Of a DNA stretch of 25,121 bases, positions 9,318 to 17,124 are shown one piece after another. Source of the stretch: a virus (lineage: Duplodnaviria; Caudoviricetes); the IMG/VR virus record IMGVR_UViG_3300014169_000022, positions 1 through 25,121 of that record; one strand, written 5' to 3'. Below the pieces are notes generated by a model. The model worked only from the letters and a program-made list of their open reading frames with translations, did not search any database and was not told the origin of the DNA. Position 1 is the first letter of the stretch. Every line of letters begins with the position of its first letter. Position numbers and translations under genes: made by a program.

Positions 9318-9454
9318 TACTTACCTCTCCCTCTAGCTTTACGTTGCATGCTGTAAGCAGCGGCTACAGATTGTTTTTCGGGATGACCTGATCTTCGCAT
9401 CTCAGCGATGTTTTCAGACAAGACTTTCTTTGATTTACCTTTCTTGAGCGGCAT
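9317..9454 (-). CDS. 45-aa basic protein (not in ORF track)
   Basis: MPLKKGKSKKVLSENIAEMRRSGHPEKQSVAAAYSMQRKARGRGK. Resembles a widespread small phage protein. First gene after the promoter. Confidence 0.75.
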   Translation of the reverse strand: MPLKKGKSKKVLSENIAEMRRSGHPEKQSVAAAYSMQRKARGRGK

Positions 9455-9474
9455 AGAGACTCTCTGTTAGAGCC

Positions 9475-9502
9475 ATGATACTAAAATGTTTATTTGAGTC
9501 AA
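9475..9502 (-). promoter_or_regulatory. promoter of packaging/head operon
   Basis: TTGACT-16 bp-TATCAT on the minus strand. Confidence 0.55.
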
Positions 9503-9506
9503 ATGA

Positions 9507-9588
9507 GAAAAAAGAGAACGTGGGCGGATCAGTGTCTTACGCTTGCCGAGCCTACGTTCTCTAAAATTCTAAGAGGCTAATCTTAGAT
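9507..9588 (-). ncRNA. candidate ~80-nt antisense sRNA (sRNA-1)
   Basis: Promoter TTGCAG(9618-9623)-17-TAAGCT(9595-9600), 5' hairpin UCUAAGA-UUAGCC-UCUUAGA, terminator-like stem 9513-9525/9550-9562 plus U-tract. Carries a 13-nt complement of the RBS at 9725-9737. Confidence 0.6.
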
Positions 9589-9638
9589 GACGCTAGCTTA
9601 ACGATTACCTATTTTTTCTGCAACATCCATTTTTTATA

Positions 9639-9667
9639 TTGCGCATAATTCTTGCATTTGTTATATT
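9639..9667 (+). promoter_or_regulatory. promoter of rightward early operon
   Basis: TTGCGC-17 bp-TATATT. Confidence 0.5.
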
Positions 9668-9737
9668 TATGACATACAAGCTATAGAGTTGCTCAAGAGC
9701 AATCTAGGGCGAGTTTTAAAACTATAAGAGGCTAATC

Positions 9738-9995
9738 ATGAAAAAACTAATTGGTGACACATATAATTTTCGAGAACAAATCAAATCAAGCGGCGGCAAA
9801 TGGGACTCTACACAAAAATGTTGGTTTGTGCCCGATGACAAATACGACGCTCTGCAAAAATTAGTTGGAGCGATAGATGATGGTTTAAAGCTGAATACGC
9901 AGTTATGGGAAGAATGTGAAATTTGCGGACAAGAGCCGATTTATCTAGAAGTTGGAGTTTGTGCTGCATGTGCACGAAAGGGGCGTCGAAGATGA
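9738..9995 (+). CDS. small protein, DUF5710-like N-terminus plus C4 zinc finger
   Basis: 'TYNFREQIKSSGGKWDSTQKCWFVP' pattern; CEIC...CAAC. Confidence 0.7.
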   Translation: MKKLIGDTYNFREQIKSSGGKWDSTQKCWFVPDDKYDALQKLVGAIDDGLKLNTQLWEECEICGQEPIYLEVGVCAACARKGRRR

Positions 9996-10201
9996 AAATA
10001 GACTTAGGTTGTAATATTAAAGAATCTTTTGGTCAATTAGAGCCGGGCGATGTTTTTCAAGTGTTAGGGCGTAATATTGTTTATTTAAAACTAGAATCTT
10101 CGATTGGAAAAGCGGTTGTTTTGGAAAGTGGAAAAATTCATGACTTTGACGATTTTACGATAATTAAACCCTTAAACTGCAAAGTCGTATTGAATCAATA
10201 A
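9992..10201 (+). CDS. hypothetical beta-rich protein (paralogue A1)
   Basis: Start at 9992 via ATGA overlap. Aligns with 10211..10438. Confidence 0.75.
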   Translation: MKIDLGCNIKESFGQLEPGDVFQVLGRNIVYLKLESSIGKAVVLESGKIHDFDDFTIIKPLNCKVVLNQ

Positions 10202-10210
10202 GGAGTCAAA

Positions 10211-10438
10211 ATGAAAATTTACTTATCAAGCAACGACAAAACTTTCAATCAACTTGAAGAGGGAGAGGTCTTTCACCTCTTCGATTCTTCAGCGATCGTC
10301 TACATGAAACTAGATGGTAACTACGGCAGTGAAGGCATAAACGCGACGGCTGTAAATATAAGTAGTGGGGCTTTAGTTTTCATCCACGATGCAACTAAAG
10401 TTAAAAAAATAAACTGCAAGCTTGTGTCGGACGAATAG
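10211..10438 (+). CDS. hypothetical beta-rich protein (paralogue A2)
   Basis: SD AAGGAG. Shares F.QLE.G.VF, IVY.KL and NCK.V motifs with the previous ORF. Confidence 0.8.
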   Translation: MKIYLSSNDKTFNQLEEGEVFHLFDSSAIVYMKLDGNYGSEGINATAVNISSGALVFIHDATKVKKINCKLVSDE

Positions 10439-10447
10439 GAGAGTAGT

Positions 10448-10705
10448 ATGAGACCCCTCGAACCCTTAGAAGATCTATCGCTAGTAGAAGAGCGAAAAGA
10501 GCAGTCTCGCGAGACCTGGATACAAGAGCATGCAGAGTCGCTATCTATGTACGACTACAACTATATATTTGATTTGACGGGACTAGACGAAAGCGAGATA
10601 CAAGACAAAATCTACTCTTACTGGGAAGAGCAATACGATAGAAGCGCGTCTTCATCGAAGCTCGAAGAAGAGCCGACTAGCGATGACGATTATTACTACA
10701 TTTAG
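10448..10705 (+). CDS. very acidic hypothetical protein
   Basis: SD AGGAG. 85 aa rich in D/E/Y. Confidence 0.75.
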   Translation: MRPLEPLEDLSLVEERKEQSRETWIQEHAESLSMYDYNYIFDLTGLDESEIQDKIYSYWEEQYDRSASSSKLEEEPTSDDDYYYI

Positions 10706-10724
10706 TTAAAAATAAAGGGATTGT

Positions 10725-10997
10725 ATGAAACAAAATATAGAAAAAAAAGAGATAGAAGAACAAATAAATAATTTAGATTGTCGAATCTCTTTTCTCCAGA
10801 AAATGATTAATGAACTAGACGGTAAAGTAAGACGTATTCAAATAGAATCAGAGCACTTTCACTCTATGAACGAGTTGTTTAAAAACGAGATTTTAGCTCT
10901 AAAAAAATCATCGTTTAAAGAATCTATAAAATTTGGGGCTATTTCTGGAGTTATTTATGCTATTTTAGTTTTAATAATAAACTATATTTTTAAATAG
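10725..10997 (+). CDS. coiled-coil protein with C-terminal transmembrane helix
   Basis: Heptad-like N-terminus followed by GAISGVIYAILVLIINYIF. Confidence 0.7.
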   Translation: MKQNIEKKEIEEQINNLDCRISFLQKMINELDGKVRRIQIESEHFHSMNELFKNEILALKKSSFKESIKFGAISGVIYAILVLIINYIFK

Positions 10998-11005
10998 GCA
11001 ATCAC

Positions 11006-11101
11006 ATGAGCGATGACACTATTGTTTGTATTGCAATGATCTGTGGAGTAATTATTATCACTTGTTGTGGGTTAATTTGTGCTATTTTCAATGTATACTA
11101 A
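11006..11101 (+). CDS. 31-aa Cys-rich hydrophobic peptide (not in ORF track)
   Basis: MSDDTIVCIAMICGVIIITCCGLICAIFNVY, starting 8 nt after the previous stop. Confidence 0.5.
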   Translation: MSDDTIVCIAMICGVIIITCCGLICAIFNVY

Positions 11102-11146
11102 AAGCATTGTGTACATACCAGTGCACACAATGATCCTGGTGTATGG

Positions 11147-11272
11147 ATGAAAAGAATGAAAACGAGGTATGAACGTGAAAGAGAGGAGCGAAGATATGGT
11201 ATTACACTAATATTAATATTAATATTTTTAACAGCAATAATACTAGCACTAGCTCACGCTATCTTCGGGTGA
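11147..11272 (+). CDS. 41-aa single-TM peptide (not in ORF track)
   Basis: MKRMKTRYEREREERRYGITLILILIFLTAIILALAHAIFG. Confidence 0.45.
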   Translation: MKRMKTRYEREREERRYGITLILILIFLTAIILALAHAIFG

Positions 11273-11488
11273 AATGGGCTTGCTCTCGGGACATTCTATA
11301 GCCTTGACCCAGGGGTCGCTAACCTTGTGATGGGACTCCATCCACTCTATCGCTACTTCATGGGTTTTCTGCTCTTCAGGTGATCGGCTAGGCTTAGGCG
11401 TTCTGCGCCAGATAGGGCAGCAGGAGCAGTTGCAAGAGTCTACAACTACGGGCTGAGCTTTAACATGGACAGGGACAGGTATAGCCAT
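11249..11488 (-). CDS. hypothetical protein with CNCSCC cluster
   Basis: SD GAGG, 79 aa. Confidence 0.65.
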   Translation of the reverse strand: MAIPVPVHVKAQPVVVDSCNCSCCPIWRRTPKPSRSPEEQKTHEVAIEWMESHHKVSDPWVKAIECPESKPISPEDSVS

Positions 11489-11527
11489 AGGGCCTCACTT
11501 TTCTCTATCGTACGAGTAGCAATTTTT

Positions 11528-11785
11528 TTAATCAAGGCTACACTTTTTCACTTGAGAATCGTAAAAGTCCCTGCCTATCGTGCAATCTTCGTAAGTATCG
11601 GATTCCAGTGCGTTAAGAGCCCACTTGTTTATAGACATAACTTGATCGTGTAGGCATCTTCCATCGAATCCCTGCCAGCAAGCTCGCCAGCCTTGAGTCA
11701 ACCACATGTTCTCTCGCATAACAGCTTCGAGAATGGCTCTTTCTTTATGTCGCGTATACTTTTTCAAATTTTTCTTCACAGTCAT
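11528..11785 (-). CDS. hypothetical protein
   Basis: 85-aa ORF in operon order after the exonuclease. Confidence 0.6.
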   Translation of the reverse strand: MTVKKNLKKYTRHKERAILEAVMRENMWLTQGWRACWQGFDGRCLHDQVMSINKWALNALESDTYEDCTIGRDFYDSQVKKCSLD

Positions 11786-11795
11786 AGTTGAAAAA

Positions 11796-12674
11796 TTACT
11801 CTTCCTCTTTTCCTTTTGTCAACCTCACTTGCATACTGCCAGGTTTCCTATATTTCTCAATGTCAATGCCTGTCTCTTCAGCTAGTTTTTTCATGTCATA
11901 GTGAGCAGACTTACAGAAAGTTTTTGAAAACTTGTAAGGCCCTATTCTCATACGTTTATAACCTTGCGACTCAACGTACTCCTCGATCGTCGTCTTTCTC
12001 ACTTTCTTTTCGTATTGCGCTTGTTTTTCTATTATATCAAAGTGATCGTACTCCCTCATAACTTTGATAATTTCATCCTCTGGGCACTTGGGGTAATCTT
12101 CGTCTATTAAAGGCGGCTCTTCAAAATCTCTCATAGATATGTTGAATTTCTTCAAAAAAGGCAACGTATCTTCGATAAATGTGGGATCAGGCAACACTTC
12201 GTGAAAGTAGCCGTCGAATCCGTCGAACACGACAAAATACGCGATTTTAGCTTCACTTACGAAAAGCTGCATCTGTACTTGAATCCAGTAATGCTTGGGC
12301 ACGCCAGCTTTAAAAGCTTCGAAATTCTCTTTCCCAGGGCACTTGATCTCTAGTACAGCCGCATGCTCTTCGCTATAACCATCTAAAGACGCGCCAATAA
12401 AATCATAATCGTCATGTATCGCTACGATCGGTTTAAACTTGATCCCCATCTTTTGCTCGAACCAAATCTTCGCGGGAGTCTCATGGCGCTTGCCCCATTC
12501 AATCGCTGGCTTATAGAAACTAGGCTCTTCCCCTAGGCACTTTTGCCGCCAAAGTTGATTAGGCGTAAGATAAGGGCTTTCGCATAGAATAGCCGCGACT
12601 TCGCTTGCGAAGATGCGCGGGCGTCTCAAATCTAGCCACTCTTTCGACCCTTGCTCTACGTCAATGATTCTCAT
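11796..12674 (-). CDS. YqaJ-like (lambda exonuclease family) recombination nuclease
   Basis: 'EQGSKEWLDLR...ASE', 'WGKRHE', 'ASLDG', 'LEIKCP', 'YWIQVQMQL'. Confidence 0.92.
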   Translation of the reverse strand: MRIIDVEQGSKEWLDLRRPRIFASEVAAILCESPYLTPNQLWRQKCLGEEPSFYKPAIEWGKRHETPAKIWFEQKMGIKFKPIVAIHDDYDFIGASLDGYSEEHAAVLEIKCPGKENFEAFKAGVPKHYWIQVQMQLFVSEAKIAYFVVFDGFDGYFHEVLPDPTFIEDTLPFLKKFNISMRDFEEPPLIDEDYPKCPEDEIIKVMREYDHFDIIEKQAQYEKKVRKTTIEEYVESQGYKRMRIGPYKFSKTFCKSAHYDMKKLAEETGIDIEKYRKPGSMQVRLTKGKEEE

Positions 12675-13083
12675 TTTTCACCGCTTCAATCGATTGTTGC
12701 AAAAATGATTCCATCTTTTCATCGTCGCACCAGTATATAGACTGTGTTTTCCAATATTCTAGATCTTCTAAACGGTTTAAAACCTCTTCTTTTGCGAACC
12801 ATCGAATATCATTAAAAAGTTTGGTTCTCAGCTGTTCTATTTCCTCAAATGAATCACATCCCTGCAACGCATCACAACCAGAACAAGATCCCCATCCAAA
12901 AATTAAGATGCCGTACTTATCTCCGTCTTTGTATAAAACCCTAGAATCACCACTGTAATCATGATCATCTACTTTGACTAAGATTTGACCCATTGATTCC
13001 AAAAGAGGTAAATAATCGCCCTCCGCGATAAAATAACCTTCTGTATCTTCACAATGTGTATAAATTTCTTTAATTGGTTTCAT
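12661..13083 (-). CDS. hypothetical phage protein (GWGSCSGCD motif)
   Basis: 140 aa with 'DYSGDS' and 'GWGSCSGCD'; coupled to neighbours. Confidence 0.75.
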   Translation of the reverse strand: MKPIKEIYTHCEDTEGYFIAEGDYLPLLESMGQILVKVDDHDYSGDSRVLYKDGDKYGILIFGWGSCSGCDALQGCDSFEEIEQLRTKLFNDIRWFAKEEVLNRLEDLEYWKTQSIYWCDDEKMESFLQQSIEAVKNENH

Positions 13084-13928
13084 TTTTCACCTATCGATAT
13101 CATCGGTATGTTGTCAGAAGTGACTCGCGGCAACACGCCATCCCATTTTTGAACCGCTTGCCATCGTATCAATTCTTTTGTGATTGATCGTGAAAGCAGG
13201 TCATTAGCTTCAGCCTCAGCTTGAGCCTTTAGTACAGCGCAACGTGATTCCCCTTCTGCTTGGGCTATTCTTTTCTTAGCCTCAGCTTCAGCCTCTCTAA
13301 GTTCATTTTCTCTTTGCTCAGCTCGTTGATTGGCCTCAATCTTAGAATTCAATGCGGCTATAACGTTTGTTGGGAAATGAAACCTTCCAATCAAATAAAT
13401 TCTACTTAACTCTATACCCATGGGAGATAGATCTTCTCTCACATGCTTTTCTACGTCTTCAAAAAAGCACTCTTTTCCTGAATACAAGTCTTCGATGCTA
13501 GTTTTGCTGGCTGCTTTGTTAATAGCGTCTCTAATGTAGTTTCTTATGAAAACGTGAGTGATTTCATCCATGCCTCTTCTATAGCGTTGAAAGATCAAAG
13601 GGATTGATTCAGGTCGTAGATGATAAGTTATTCCAATGTCGGCTGATACAGCCATCCCTTCTGAAGTCTGAAAGTTGAAGCCTTCCCTGTCTCCTTCCCA
13701 TGTGTCATTTTGTTCGAATATAGGAAACTGGTAAACGGTCTTCCAAGGCGCAATCCAATGCATGCCGACATGTAGCTCTTTTGTTTCTACACCCTTAGAA
13801 TCTCCAAGCATATCTACCACAACGCCCACATATCCCGGCGATATCATTTTGAAGAAACAGAGCCAGATTAGGAATAGAAAAGCACCTACTACGGCTATCT
13901 TTATTTTAAAAAGTTTGTACTTATCCAT
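13080..13928 (-). CDS. SPFH/band-7 (prohibitin-like) membrane protein
   Basis: N-terminal TM, 'PGYVGVVV', C-terminal AEAEA coiled coil, 'KWDGVLP'. Confidence 0.9.
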   Translation of the reverse strand: MDKYKLFKIKIAVVGAFLFLIWLCFFKMISPGYVGVVVDMLGDSKGVETKELHVGMHWIAPWKTVYQFPIFEQNDTWEGDREGFNFQTSEGMAVSADIGITYHLRPESIPLIFQRYRRGMDEITHVFIRNYIRDAINKAASKTSIEDLYSGKECFFEDVEKHVREDLSPMGIELSRIYLIGRFHFPTNVIAALNSKIEANQRAEQRENELREAEAEAKKRIAQAEGESRCAVLKAQAEAEANDLLSRSITKELIRWQAVQKWDGVLPRVTSDNIPMISIGEK

Positions 13929-13933
13929 TGGTT

Positions 13934-14248
13934 CTAATCCTCACAATCTGGCACGTAATTAGTTCGCTCTTGGTATTTTATATCAACGTTGTGAATTTCA
14001 GTAGTTTCTAAAATCAACTTGTTTACTTTTTTAATAAAATCTGTCATAGATTCCTTAGTTATGTTTGAATTTCCTGCTTTTACTATCATTTTAAAAACAG
14101 AATTTTTTAACAAATTGACGGGAGCTGATATAGAAACGGTTTCATAATTTACCCCCAGTTGTTTTGAAGCATCCATATAAACTTGAACACTTATTTTTTC
14201 AAAATATTGCAAAAACTCAAAAAATTCATCTTCTTGTCGCTCGTTCAT
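13934..14248 (-). CDS. hypothetical protein (AT-rich)
   Basis: 104-aa ORF with ATGA overlap. Confidence 0.65.
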   Translation of the reverse strand: MNERQEDEFFEFLQYFEKISVQVYMDASKQLGVNYETVSISAPVNLLKNSVFKMIVKAGNSNITKESMTDFIKKVNKLILETTEIHNVDIKYQERTNYVPDCED

Positions 14249-14928
14249 TTTTGCCTCTTGGGTCTACCGCGTCTGCGTTTTTCTAAAATATAATCCATAG
14301 CTTTCTTATCTTCTTTTTCAATATAATCCAAAACTTCTTTGGGAAGATCCGTAGTAGTTGTCAAAGAACTGGTTCTTTTAGGTTTTTCTAAAATCAAGCT
14401 TTTGAGCTCATTCGATGCTTTATTTGCTATACCTGAAAAGTCCGTGCCTTCTTCTGTTTTCAAATACAGATCTGGCGTAGGTAAAATTTTGTTATTTAAA
14501 ATATATTCTCTAAATATAGATTTTTTAATAAAAATTTTCCTTCCAACTCTGCAAACAACATTATTAAATCCATTATAATTTCTATTATTTATCCATCGAC
14601 GGATTGTATTTATTTTGAGGGGAAATTCGGGATCATTAGCTATTTCTTCGGGTGTATATAAATCCATCTCTCGACCCTCTAAGACCGATCTTTCAGCAAG
14701 CTGCTTTTCTAGCCCCTCGATCTCACTTTTGAGGAGTTGATTCTGCTCAAGTAGAGCGTTTCTAAATCTTTCTTCAGTTTTTCGACTTTCTTGTAAAACT
14801 TCGAAACATTTTTGTGAAACATCTCCGGATTCATCAACCAACTTTCTCCACGCTAGACACTTTTTGACCATGACAAATGACGAAAAAACCGATATAGCTG
14901 TTACTATTCCTAAAAAAATATCTATCAT
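14245..14928 (-). CDS. TM/coiled-coil plus excisionase-like HTH plus AT-hook protein
   Basis: N-terminal TM, coiled coil, 'LYTPEEIA...INTIRRWI...VVCRVGRKIFIKKSIFREYI' and C-terminal RRRGRPKR. Confidence 0.6.
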   Translation of the reverse strand: MIDIFLGIVTAISVFSSFVMVKKCLAWRKLVDESGDVSQKCFEVLQESRKTEERFRNALLEQNQLLKSEIEGLEKQLAERSVLEGREMDLYTPEEIANDPEFPLKINTIRRWINNRNYNGFNNVVCRVGRKIFIKKSIFREYILNNKILPTPDLYLKTEEGTDFSGIANKASNELKSLILEKPKRTSSLTTTTDLPKEVLDYIEKEDKKAMDYILEKRRRGRPKRQK

Positions 14929-15737
14929 TACTCACCGTCCATTGCTTTTTGAAAGTCTAATTGTTCTTGGGGTACTTCCATTGTTTGAGACTGTGACTTT
15001 TCTTTTTTTACTCTTAATATTGGTATTATTCTTTCATAATTTTCTTTTGACATTTGATCGTACGATCTTATGTGAGATTTGATATTATCAAGCAATTTTT
15101 TCGGCGCGTACTGCTCTAGCTCGTAAAGCTCATTGAGCTGCTCTTGTGTCAATTGCCATTTTACCTCTACATCGATTGTTTTTCCTTCGAGCTCTAATGC
15201 CTCTTTGCTTTGAAATCCACTCAGCTGCTGAGGAAAACTATTTTTAAGATTAGCGCATAAGCAACACTTGTATAGCATGTGCTTAAACATGTTCTTCCAG
15301 CATCCTTGATCTTTTGCATAGTCGCTTGCAAAAATCATAAATTCGCATTCATGCCAAACTCCATTATCATCTTTCTTTTTGACAAAAGTTTTGCAAGTCA
15401 CAACCTTGCCCTTATCGTCGTATGTGTATTCGGGACAGCGCCCGGGCATATAATTTCCCGTTCTTTCGGCGATCACTCTAAAACCATCAACTCCTACAAC
15501 ATGAGTCCACGTTGCGCCATATCGTATAAGATAAATTTGATTAGCTAGAGGGTTGAGCTGGCTTTCATCAGCCCTGATAACAAAAGTTAATATTTCAGAA
15601 TCAGGGGGGGGGTCTTTTTTTGCTCTTTCCTTAGCATAAATTAGTGCGATGTTCCTCATCGATAGAAATTTTGGGCCATAGTTGTTTATGTCAAACAACT
15701 CAGGTTCAAACACTGTGATAGCGGAGTTCATTTTCAC
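14928..15737 (-). CDS. single-strand annealing protein, Bet/RecT family
   Basis: 'LNPLANQIYLIRY', 'VGVDGFRVIAERTG', 'WKNMFKHMLYKC...FP'. Same operon as YqaJ. Confidence 0.88.
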   Translation of the reverse strand: MKMNSAITVFEPELFDINNYGPKFLSMRNIALIYAKERAKKDPPPDSEILTFVIRADESQLNPLANQIYLIRYGATWTHVVGVDGFRVIAERTGNYMPGRCPEYTYDDKGKVVTCKTFVKKKDDNGVWHECEFMIFASDYAKDQGCWKNMFKHMLYKCCLCANLKNSFPQQLSGFQSKEALELEGKTIDVEVKWQLTQEQLNELYELEQYAPKKLLDNIKSHIRSYDQMSKENYERIIPILRVKKEKSQSQTMEVPQEQLDFQKAMDGE

Positions 15738-15806
15738 CTTCCTTTTAATGCTTGGTTGATTTATATTGTGAATAAATTACACATTTTTTGCAAGGAGAAA
15801 AAGAAA

Positions 15807-16019
15807 ATGGTGAAAAAACCTCATAAGGTACCCGAAAAGCGATACCACTTTGGATTTGCTGTTAACAAAGAGGAGTTTGAGAGATTACAAAAATATCATG
15901 ACGCTATCCGATACCGCGTAGCTATGAAACGGGAGATCATACCCCTGAAGCACTTTCAATTATATGAGCATATTTTAAAATACTACATTGAAAAAGAGAA
16001 GATTCTTTTGGAAGAATAA
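15807..16019 (+). CDS. small putative DNA-binding protein (possibly ribbon-helix-helix)
   Basis: First gene of a divergent operon, SD AAGGAG. Beta-strand 'YHFGFAV' followed by helices. Confidence 0.5.
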   Translation: MVKKPHKVPEKRYHFGFAVNKEEFERLQKYHDAIRYRVAMKREIIPLKHFQLYEHILKYYIEKEKILLEE

Positions 16020-16098
16020 AAAACCCCTTCTTTCATATCCAGAAGGGGAGAAACCATCGCCTGATTTATATGGAAACGCGGGTAAAAGGAATAACCGC
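16018..16098 (-). ncRNA. candidate ~80-nt anti-SD sRNA (sRNA-2)
   Basis: TATAAT at 16105-16110 (minus), 5' hairpin GCGG...CCGC with loop UUCCUUU, terminator CCCCUUCU/AGAAGGGG plus U6. Confidence 0.55.
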
Positions 16099-16139
16099 GG
16101 CCCTATTATAGTTAGAAGCATCTTTAAAAAAAGGAAAAT

Positions 16140-16427
16140 ATGAATTACATATTGTTTTACTGCGAAAAAGATTATTGTCCTCATCACAAGATTTTTGTAG
16201 GTATAGAGGAAGTTTTGGAATTTTTGAACTCTCATCCACTTCTCGAAAAGCAAGTGGGATGGGACAAAGACCGGTACGAAAAGAGTGGTCTTGAAAATAT
16301 GCATTTTACCGATCTTTACAAATTGTTATTGGATGGGGAGTTTATGGTCTATGAACTGGTTGCAGATAGGTTCAAGATTGTTACTAAAGAAGTGCAGTGG
16401 GATTATGTTTTAGACGATGAGGATTGA
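16140..16427 (+). CDS. hypothetical protein
   Basis: SD AAGGA, 95 aa. Confidence 0.7.
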   Translation: MNYILFYCEKDYCPHHKIFVGIEEVLEFLNSHPLLEKQVGWDKDRYEKSGLENMHFTDLYKLLLDGEFMVYELVADRFKIVTKEVQWDYVLDDED

Positions 16428-16620
16428 GGAAAATATGGCATTGGATAAAGAGAACATTAAAAGTTTGCCGCCGTATAAGCGCCCTGTAGGTTATCAAAAT
16501 AGTCTATGCAAAAGATGCTGCTGTATCATGGTTAATTGTAACATGGAAGGTTTTACAGGACCTTACTGCGAAGAATGCCGCAAACACATTGCTGAGGAAG
16601 ATCAATTACCAGATCGGTAG
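16417..16620 (+). CDS. small Cys-rich (zinc-finger-like) protein
   Basis: CKRC...CEEC. The second ATG (SD GAGG) may be the real start. Confidence 0.6.
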   Translation: MRIEENMALDKENIKSLPPYKRPVGYQNSLCKRCCCIMVNCNMEGFTGPYCEECRKHIAEEDQLPDR

Positions 16621-16634
16621 GTTTCGTTAGGAAA

Positions 16635-16883
16635 TTGGTAGTTAAGGAAGGAAAAAAGATGATTACAGAAGACCTAAACTTTAGAAAATTGGAACTAGAC
16701 GCGATAGCTAGGCGCATAAAAAATCACAAGGAAGTGGAGCATGTTCTGGTTGTGACCGTAAAAAGGGGTCATTACTATTTTGGTGCCACAAAAATGGATC
16801 GCGGCGAGTGTGGAGACATGCTTATGTTTGCTTCGTTTTTAGTCGCTGAAAAAGTACTCGAAAGAGAGGGTAAGCTTTCATGA
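16635..16883 (+). CDS. hypothetical protein
   Basis: ORF in operon. Real start is probably the internal ATG (MITED) after AAGGAAGG. Confidence 0.65.
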   Translation: MVVKEGKKMITEDLNFRKLELDAIARRIKNHKEVEHVLVVTVKRGHYYFGATKMDRGECGDMLMFASFLVAEKVLEREGKLS

Positions 16884-17077
16884 GCTTTTGCGATGTGTGT
16901 AATCAAAAAATCCGTTGTCCAGATGAGTACGAACGTAGTTTTTTGTACGCTTGTCCGATTTGTGACACTCCAGTAGAGGAGCGTATGTACAATGTGATTC
17001 AAAGGTTAGCCCTTGAAAAGCGAGAGATGATTCCAAAAATCATAGTAATGGAAGAGATTAGTAGAAGGCTTGGATAA
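16880..17077 (+). CDS. small zinc-finger protein
   Basis: CDVC...CPIC, ATGA overlap. Confidence 0.65.
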   Translation: MSFCDVCNQKIRCPDEYERSFLYACPICDTPVEERMYNVIQRLALEKREMIPKIIVMEEISRRLG

Positions 17078-17124
17078 ATAAGAATTGCCCCAAAAGGGGG
17101 GTTACGGCATAGTTCAGCCATTGT

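Noticed and set aside
9923-9991. N-terminal extension of ORF 9923..10201
   Set aside because: The paralogue alignment and ATGA coupling support a start at 9992.
15604-15612. G9 tract in the Bet/RecT gene as a phase-variation site
   Set aside because: The frame is intact (Pro codons) and there is no evidence of slippage.
15975-16304. 109-aa minus ORF, and similar shadows such as 16999..17220, 17580..17909, 18354..18668, 5138..5452 and 21932..22141
   Set aside because: They overlap real genes or hairpin regions and have no recognisable motifs or convincing RBS.
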